From contig JAWLBL010000001.1 of the NCBI GenBank assembly GCA_041687695.1, forward strand, positions 291,461 to 355,460: a DNA stretch of 64,000 nucleotides, in the 5' to 3' direction. Positions 30,574 through 37,354 of the stretch are shown in pieces. Within the stretch, counting starts at the first letter, position 1, and each line of letters starts with the position of its first letter. The notes below the pieces were generated by a model. That model was not told the DNA's origin. It saw only the letters and a program-made list of their open reading frames with translations, and ran no database searches. Position numbers and translations under genes: made by a program. The DNA is from Myxococcota bacterium (GTDB lineage: Bacteria; Myxococcota_A; UBA9042; PHBI01; JAWLBL01).

Positions 30574-31635
30574 ATGCGCACCGCTCGCCCGCTGAAGTCG
30601 CTCTTGCTCCAGGTGGCCCTCGCCCTCGTGTTCACCTTCGCCGTGGCTCCCGTAGCCCTGGCCTCGGACGACGCGCGCCTCGGCCTCGGCCTCAAGTCGG
30701 TCGTCTCGGGCAAGGAGCTGCCGGCCATCACCCTGGCCCCCGGCGAGGCGGTCAAGGCGCTGACGGTCAAGCTCGAGCGCGGGGACGGCAAGCGCCTCAC
30801 GCTCAAGGCGGCGGGCCTTCCGGCGGGGCGACCGAAGGTGCTGCCGATCGACCAGCCGAACGGGGTGTTCGCCTACCGGGCCGAGTTCCACGTCGTGTGG
30901 GGCGACAAGTCCACGTCGACGTTCACCACCGAGTTCAAGGCGACGCGGGTCGGCAAGCTCGAGCTTCGGATCGGCGCGGGCGACGTCGACCTCGAGGGGC
31001 GTCGCCTCACGTTCCAGATCACGAACCCGGCGGCCAGCGCCGAGCTGGTCATCCTGGGTGAGCGCGGCAGGGAGCTGGGGATCGTCCGCGAGTCCTGGGA
31101 GGACGCGCCCCCGGGCACGCCGCTGGAGCTGACGTGGGACGCGGTCGAGGGCGACATCGTCCGCATGGATCTCAAGGTGACGGACGTGGCGGGGTTCTGG
31201 GCGGGCATGCAGATCACGCCCTTCTCCATCGAGATCCCCCACGACGAGGTGGTCTTCGAGTCGGGGCAGGCGGCGGTGCGCGACAGCGAGGCGCCCAAGC
31301 TGCAGCGCACCATGGCGCACATCCAGGAGGCGCTGGCGAGGCACGGCACGTTGCTGCAGCTCAAGCTGTTCGTGGCCGGGTACACGGACACGGTGGGCGG
31401 CCGGGCCTCGAACCAGGAGCTGTCGACCCGCCGGGCGGCGGCCATCGCCGGATGGTTCCGCAAGAACGGCTTGAAGATCCCGATCTACTATCAGGGCTTC
31501 GGCGAAGACGCGCTGGCCAAGCCGACCCCGGACGAGACCGAGGAGCCGGCCAACCGGCGCGCGCTGTACATCCTGTCGAGCCAGCAGCCGGGGACCAGCG
31601 CGTCGGTGCCGCGCGGCGACTGGCGGAAGCTGTAG
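30574..31635 (+). CDS. Exported OmpA-family peptidoglycan-binding protein
   Basis: Signal peptide (ALA-S), beta-rich N-domain, C-terminal GYTDTVG..N..LS.RRA...GFGE...NRRA; GGAGG RBS. Confidence 0.88.
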   Translation: MRTARPLKSLLLQVALALVFTFAVAPVALASDDARLGLGLKSVVSGKELPAITLAPGEAVKALTVKLERGDGKRLTLKAAGLPAGRPKVLPIDQPNGVFAYRAEFHVVWGDKSTSTFTTEFKATRVGKLELRIGAGDVDLEGRRLTFQITNPAASAELVILGERGRELGIVRESWEDAPPGTPLELTWDAVEGDIVRMDLKVTDVAGFWAGMQITPFSIEIPHDEVVFESGQAAVRDSEAPKLQRTMAHIQEALARHGTLLQLKLFVAGYTDTVGGRASNQELSTRRAAAIAGWFRKNGLKIPIYYQGFGEDALAKPTPDETEEPANRRALYILSSQQPGTSASVPRGDWRKL

Positions 31636-31678
31636 TCGGTCCTTCGCGCGCGGCGAGGCGCCGCGCACGTCGCGTTCG

Positions 31679-33019
31679 TCACAGGGCGATGGGCGCGGTC
31701 GGGATGATGTACAGGGCGGTCGCCTGATCGGGGACCCCCTGCGCGTCGGTCACCCGGGCCGCGAAGAAGAACCCGGACAGCTTGATCTGCGTGAACGGGA
31801 TGGTGATCTCGACGGCCAGGCTGGTGTCCGTCACGGCGCCGCTGAGGGTGCCGTTGGCGGCCAGGGTCAGGCCGGTCGGCAGGCCCGACTTGGGGATGAA
31901 GGTCTTCACCAGGCCGGGGATGGGCTCCTCGGCCCAGGCGTAGGGCTTCTTGCCGCCCTTGGCCTGCAGCTTGGCGTTGTACGGCACCGGGATGCCGTCG
32001 ACGACCAGGATGAGCGGCAGCACGATGACCTTCGTGACGAAGAGGTCGATCTGCTGGTCGCCCAGGATCTCGAGGGGGGCGATGCTGACGGGGAGCTTGA
32101 GGGCCTTGCTGGCGGTCAGCGTGGGGTCGCCGTTGTCGAAGACCTTGGCCGTGAACTCGAAGGTGCCGTCGCCGGTCGGCGTGCCCGAGATGGTGCCGTC
32201 CGAGGCGAGCGACAGGCCGGGCGGGAGGGCGCCCGACGACAGGCCCCAAAACCAGGGCGCGGTGCCGCCGACGGCCTTCAGGGTCGTCTGGTAGGGCTCG
32301 CCCTCGAGGGCGAGCGGCAGGGGCGAGCCCGTGGTGATGTGCAGGCCGTGCTCGAGCACGACGAGGCTGAGGATCTCGGTGTCCTTGGTGCCGGCCGCGT
32401 CCAGGACGTCGGCGCGGAACGAGAAGGAGCCGACCGAGACGCTCGCCCCGGAGAGCACGCCGTCCGCCGCCAGGGTGATGCCCGGCGGCAGGTTGCCCTG
32501 TCCGACCGACCAGGTGTACGGCGGCGCTCCGCCGGTGGCCTCGAGCGTGAACGCGTAGGCGGCGCCCTCGAGGACCGGCGGCAGCTCGACGGTCTCGATG
32601 GTGAGCGGGCGCGGGACGCACTCGCCGTCGGCGCAGTCCTCGGCCTCGGCGCAGTCCGCGGCCGAGATGCAGCCCACGCAGACGCCCTCGAAGCAGGCGA
32701 GGCCCTCGGCGCAGTCCTCGAGTTCGAACGCGCTGCCGACGTCGTTGCACACCAGACGTTGGCCGCTCACGCAGCCAGCAACGCCCGGCGGGCACACCTT
32801 GGCGGGGGCGACCTCTTCGGCGGCGTCGGGGTCCGACGCGTCGGCCGCGTCATCTCCGGCGGTGACGTCGCCCCCCTTGGCGTCGACGTCGCCTTCGGCC
32901 CCGAGGTCGCCCGCCTCCGTGTCCGACTTGCCCGTGGCCGCGTCGTCGCTGCATGCTCCGAGCAGCACGAGCATCAGCCCCAGCCCCAACGTCCCTACCC
33001 TGCCGCAGACCCTCTTCAT
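31679..33019 (-). CDS. Lipoprotein with a Cys-rich segment and putative Ig (He_PIG-like) repeats
   Basis: Lipobox LGA-C; three repeats of GGxxPYxW...GxLPPGxxLxxDGxxSGxP. Confidence 0.8.
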   Translation of the reverse strand: MKRVCGRVGTLGLGLMLVLLGACSDDAATGKSDTEAGDLGAEGDVDAKGGDVTAGDDAADASDPDAAEEVAPAKVCPPGVAGCVSGQRLVCNDVGSAFELEDCAEGLACFEGVCVGCISAADCAEAEDCADGECVPRPLTIETVELPPVLEGAAYAFTLEATGGAPPYTWSVGQGNLPPGITLAADGVLSGASVSVGSFSFRADVLDAAGTKDTEILSLVVLEHGLHITTGSPLPLALEGEPYQTTLKAVGGTAPWFWGLSSGALPPGLSLASDGTISGTPTGDGTFEFTAKVFDNGDPTLTASKALKLPVSIAPLEILGDQQIDLFVTKVIVLPLILVVDGIPVPYNAKLQAKGGKKPYAWAEEPIPGLVKTFIPKSGLPTGLTLAANGTLSGAVTDTSLAVEITIPFTQIKLSGFFFAARVTDAQGVPDQATALYIIPTAPIAL

Positions 33020-33107
33020 CCGAGCCCTCCCTGGTGCGCGGCGGAGTATACTGAATTCGTCCGAAGAGGCCGCGTCTCATGCGACGCCTCTCGACGGGAG
33101 CCCCCCA

Positions 33108-33938
33108 ATGAAGCCCTCGCCCAAGCGCCTCGCCCGCAGCCTCGCCGCCCTCCCCCTGGGCCTCGCGCTCGCCCTGACCGCCTGCCCGCTGCTCGAGGAG
33201 CTCGAGCGCCGCGGCCTCGAGCCCGTCGCCGTCATCGACGACCTGACGCCCGAGGTCGAGGCCTCGGCCCTGCAGCTACGCCACGGCCCGACGCTGAACG
33301 AGCTGGCCGCCTACTACTGCCCGCGCCTGTCGGGCGACCCCCTGACCCGCGCCGCCTGCTCGCTGACCCTGGGCCCGGCGCCGCACCGCTCGCACATGGC
33401 CTTCGAGTTCGGCATCACCATCCGCGTCGCCAACCCGAACGAGGTCCCCATCCCCGCGCTCGACATCCTGCTGGCCCTCACGCTCTTCGACGCCCACGAG
33501 GCCGAGGCCCTCGGCGCCATCTGCCTCAGCCTGTGCGGCGCCGACGACCCCGAGTGCGACGGCACCCCCAAGCCGGGCGCCTGCGTCAGCACCCAGGACG
33601 ACATCCGCACCATCGACGACTTCATCGCGCGCCTGCCCGGGCTCATCGAAGACATCGCCAGCGGCAAGGCCGAGGAGGAGCTGCGTAAGTCGACCATCGC
33701 CGCCGGCGGCGACATCGTGCTCGACCTGGCCTTCGTCATGGGCATCGACCAGGCCCTGGGCGTCTTCGAGAAGACCGCCTGGGCCTACGTCGAGGATCTC
33801 CTCGCCGGACGCGACGCCTCGCTGGTCGTGCCGGTGTCCGCCGAGGGCAGCGTCTTCGTCCAGGTGCCCGCCCTGGGCCGCGTCGGCGTCAACTACGGCC
33901 CGCTGAAGACCACCTGGAACATCGAGGAGAGCCTCTGA
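33108..33938 (+). CDS. Hypothetical lipoprotein with a possible LEA_2/WHy-like domain
   Basis: MKPSPKRLARS...LTA-C lipobox; FGITIRVANPNEVPIP resembles the WHy 'NPN' motif; GGGAG RBS. Confidence 0.7.
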   Translation: MKPSPKRLARSLAALPLGLALALTACPLLEELERRGLEPVAVIDDLTPEVEASALQLRHGPTLNELAAYYCPRLSGDPLTRAACSLTLGPAPHRSHMAFEFGITIRVANPNEVPIPALDILLALTLFDAHEAEALGAICLSLCGADDPECDGTPKPGACVSTQDDIRTIDDFIARLPGLIEDIASGKAEEELRKSTIAAGGDIVLDLAFVMGIDQALGVFEKTAWAYVEDLLAGRDASLVVPVSAEGSVFVQVPALGRVGVNYGPLKTTWNIEESL

Positions 33939-33991
33939 GGCCGGGTCTCAGGGGGCTGACCCGCTGAAACGAGGCCCCAGGGGCCTGCACC

Positions 33992-36900
33992 TCAGTCGCA
34001 CACGGGGTTCGCCTGGCCCGGGGTGCCGGCCGGCGCCCCGTCCGCGGCGGGCCCGCCCGCGCACCAGGACGCGGGCAGGTCGTTGTCGGCGGCGTCGGTG
34101 GCGTCAGCCGACAGCGACAACGTCGTGAACGCCGGCACGCCCCAGCCGCTCTGGGTGTCCCAGGCCACGGCGTCGACCACGGCCTCGCCGCAGGTCAGGG
34201 CCAGCGAGTCGGCCGTGTTGGACAGCGCCAGGCCGCTCCAGACCGCGTCTGGGACGACGCCGGCCAGCGCCGCCGCGTCCGCGGTGCGAGCGAGCACCAC
34301 GGCCTCGCCCGGCCACACGAGGAAGGTGCCGGCCTCGACCGCCGGCAGGGTCCAACCCTCGCTGGGGGCGCTCGACAGCACGCAGCCGGCCAGGTCCAGC
34401 GGCGCGTCCGTCACGTTCGTCAGCTCGACCCACTCGCCGGTGGGATCGAGCGGGACGATCATCAGCTCGGTCAAGACGACCTCGCCCGCGGCGGGCGGGA
34501 GCGGGAAGTCGACGCACTCGCCCAGGGCGCAGCTGGCCCCGAGGGCGGCGCAGTCCTGGCCCGGCGCGGCCGGCCAGGTGCACGCGGCGGCGTCGCCATC
34601 GACGACACACGACGCCGGCCCGGTCACGTCGCCTACGAGGACGTCGTCCAGGCAGACCGTGCCCGGGTCGGCGCCGCACGGGTCTGGCCAGCAGGGGCTG
34701 TCGGTGGCCTCGACCAGCGGCGCCTCGACCGGGTCGTAGGCGGTCTCGGGATCCAGATCGCAGACCGTCCACGAGTGGCCGCCGTCGACGCTGACCCGGC
34801 CGGCCAGGGCCAGCGTTCCCTGTCCGCGCAAGCGGACCGAGCCCGCCCAGGCGTCCACGTCCTTCGCTTCGTCGGCCTCGGTCGCGTCCCAGTCGGCGAC
34901 CGGCGCGGCGTCCGCCCACTGCCACTGGCTGGAGGTCGCGGCGGTGCCGGCCGCGGCGACGCCGACCTGCACCAGGATGCTCTCGGCGGCGCTGTTGTCG
35001 GGGCCGGCGTCGGTCAAGCCGGCCTCGGTGAAGCGGACCTGGACCGCCACATCGGTCCCCGCGGGCGCCGTGAGGGTCGCCTCGCCCGCCACCCAGCAGG
35101 CGTCGACCGGCTCTACGTCGCCCGGGCACGGCGGGTTCGGGTCGCCGGGCGTGCCCGTGTGCAGGCCGACGGTGCCGACGCCGCCGCACCAGGCGCCGAG
35201 GTCGTCGTTGCGCTGGGCCGACAGGTGGAACGGGCTGAGCGCGTTCGACACGCCCGTCGCGAAGCTGAACTTGGACGTCCACGCGACCTGGTCGACGATC
35301 GCCCCGCCGCAGGTCAAGGTCACGCCGGGGCCCGTCTTGGCGATGGTGAGGCCCGAGCCCCACGAGTAGCTGGCCGGCAGGCCGCCGTTGGTCGTCGGGT
35401 CGGCGCTGGCCGCCAGGACGATGCGGGCGTCGACGCCGAGGACCAGCGCCTTGTTCAGCGTGTGCACCGACGTGCCCGAGGTCAGCAGGCACCCCTGCAG
35501 GTCGACCGGGTGCGTCGCGAGGTTGGTCACCTCGACCCACGGGGTCGCGCCCGCCTCGGGGGTGACGAGCAGCTCGGTGAAGGCGACCTCGCCAGCCAGC
35601 GGCGCGACGGCGGCCCCCGCGCAAGCCGCGTCGGCGCAGACCTGTCCCTGGGCCGCGCAGTCCACGGCGCTGGGCAGCCACTCGCACTCGAAGGCGTCGG
35701 CGGCGGTCGGCACGCAGGCGGCCTCGCCCGGAAAGGTCCACAAGGTGACGCCGTCCGGCTGGCAGGCGGGCGCCGGCGCGTCGGTGCAGGGGTCCGCCTC
35801 GCAGGGGTCGGCGACCACGGTGACTGCGGTGGCGTCGGCGGGGTCGAAGCCGTCGGCGGAGCCGGGATCGCGGTCGCACAGGGTCCAGGTGAGGCCACCA
35901 TCGCGGCTGGCGCGGGCTGCGGCGACGCGCTGGCCGACGGCCTCGAACGGGAGCGACAGGCCGGCCCAGGCGTCGACGCCGTCGAGATCCACCCAGCCGG
36001 TGGCCGGCTCGGCCGCGGTCCACTGCCAGCTGCCCGGGTCGGCGGCGTCGGCGGCCGGCGCGTGGCCGACCTCGACCTTCAGGGCGGCGGGGGTGTCGAC
36101 CCCGGGGGTGGCGTCGGTCAGGCCGGCCTCGAAGACGGTGACATCGACCCGCAGGGGGTGTCCGACGAAGCCGGTCGCCTGGGCAGGGCCGACCAGGACG
36201 CACAGGTCGACGGTGGTGTCCGGGACCGGGCAGGGGTTGTTGGGGGCGCCGGGCGTGCCCAGGTCGCCCGCGCCGTAGGGCGTCGAGGCGGGGCACCACG
36301 AGAACGGCGAGTCGTTGAGCGCCCCGTCGGTCTTGGTCGGATCGAGCGCCATCGCGACGCCGCTGGCGACGGGCCAGTCGACCGCGCCATAGCTGACCGA
36401 GTCGATGACCACGTCGTCGCAGGCGAGCGTGACCGAGTCGACGAAGTTGTCGAGCAGCATGGTCGCGTAGACGTAGTCGACCTCTACGCCGCCGTTGTTG
36501 GCGGCCTCGCCCGAAAAGCCCAGGACGAAGCGGGCGCCCGGCTCTAGCCCGATGGGGCCGTCCTCGGAGGCGATCAGCACGAGGTCGGTCGCGTCGTCGA
36601 CCAGGACGCAGTCGGTCAGGTTCAGCAGGGCGTCGGTGGTGTTGACCAGCTCGATCCACTCGCCGTGCGGGTCGTTGACGGCCTGCGGGTTCACCATCAG
36701 CTCGGCGATGACGATGTCGCCGGGCAGCGGCAGGGTCAGGCCGGCGCCGGGCTCGCAGCTGGGCGTGCAGCCGTCGTAGGGGTTGTCGTTGCCGTCGTCG
36801 CAGGTCTCGCCGCCGTCGACGACGCCGTCGCCGCAATGGGCCGCCACGCAGTCGGTGCGGCAGGCGTCGGGCTCGGTGTCGCTGTTGGCCGCGCCGTCGT

Positions 36901-37270
36901 CGCAGTCCTCGCCGTCGTCGAGGTGGCCGTCGCCGCACTCGGGTGTGGGCGGCAGCTCGGGGCCGGCGTCGTCGGCGTCGGTGGCGGCGTCCGGCGCGTC
37001 GGCGGCCGCGTCGGCGTCACCGGTGGCGTCGGAAGTCGTCTGGTCGGCCGGGACGTCCGGGTCGGCATCGAAGCCCGCGTCGTCCACGTCGGGGGCGGCG
37101 TCGGCGCCCGCGTCGGGGTCGGCGTCGGGCGGGGGGGTGGCGTCGGCGTCGCTCGAGGCGTCGCCGCTGACGTCGGCGTCGGGGGCGGTGGAGGCGTCGT
37201 CGCCGCATCCGGGAGCGATCGCGAGCGCGAGGGCCGTGACGAAGACGAAGCGTAGAGCCGACCAGGACAT
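33992..37270 (-). CDS. Lipoprotein with three lamin-tail domains, myxobacterial disulfide repeats and a duplicated beta domain
   Basis: Lipobox-like APG-C, Asp/Ala linker, CGDGxxDxGExCDDG x2, LTD motifs (IVIAELMVNP/GEWIELVN x3, each ending GTPGxxNxxC), and two copies of EAGLTD...WQW...DGGxxWTxCD. Alternative starts extend to 37327. Confidence 0.85.
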   Translation of the reverse strand: MSWSALRFVFVTALALAIAPGCGDDASTAPDADVSGDASSDADATPPPDADPDAGADAAPDVDDAGFDADPDVPADQTTSDATGDADAAADAPDAATDADDAGPELPPTPECGDGHLDDGEDCDDGAANSDTEPDACRTDCVAAHCGDGVVDGGETCDDGNDNPYDGCTPSCEPGAGLTLPLPGDIVIAELMVNPQAVNDPHGEWIELVNTTDALLNLTDCVLVDDATDLVLIASEDGPIGLEPGARFVLGFSGEAANNGGVEVDYVYATMLLDNFVDSVTLACDDVVIDSVSYGAVDWPVASGVAMALDPTKTDGALNDSPFSWCPASTPYGAGDLGTPGAPNNPCPVPDTTVDLCVLVGPAQATGFVGHPLRVDVTVFEAGLTDATPGVDTPAALKVEVGHAPAADAADPGSWQWTAAEPATGWVDLDGVDAWAGLSLPFEAVGQRVAAARASRDGGLTWTLCDRDPGSADGFDPADATAVTVVADPCEADPCTDAPAPACQPDGVTLWTFPGEAACVPTAADAFECEWLPSAVDCAAQGQVCADAACAGAAVAPLAGEVAFTELLVTPEAGATPWVEVTNLATHPVDLQGCLLTSGTSVHTLNKALVLGVDARIVLAASADPTTNGGLPASYSWGSGLTIAKTGPGVTLTCGGAIVDQVAWTSKFSFATGVSNALSPFHLSAQRNDDLGAWCGGVGTVGLHTGTPGDPNPPCPGDVEPVDACWVAGEATLTAPAGTDVAVQVRFTEAGLTDAGPDNSAAESILVQVGVAAAGTAATSSQWQWADAAPVADWDATEADEAKDVDAWAGSVRLRGQGTLALAGRVSVDGGHSWTVCDLDPETAYDPVEAPLVEATDSPCWPDPCGADPGTVCLDDVLVGDVTGPASCVVDGDAAACTWPAAPGQDCAALGASCALGECVDFPLPPAAGEVVLTELMIVPLDPTGEWVELTNVTDAPLDLAGCVLSSAPSEGWTLPAVEAGTFLVWPGEAVVLARTADAAALAGVVPDAVWSGLALSNTADSLALTCGEAVVDAVAWDTQSGWGVPAFTTLSLSADATDAADNDLPASWCAGGPAADGAPAGTPGQANPVCD

Positions 37271-37354
37271 GGGCTGAGGACCTCCGGACGAGGTCGGGAC
37301 CATAGTCAGCGGGTCCGGCGGACGCAAGGTGCGGCGGCGGGGCCTCGGCGGGCG

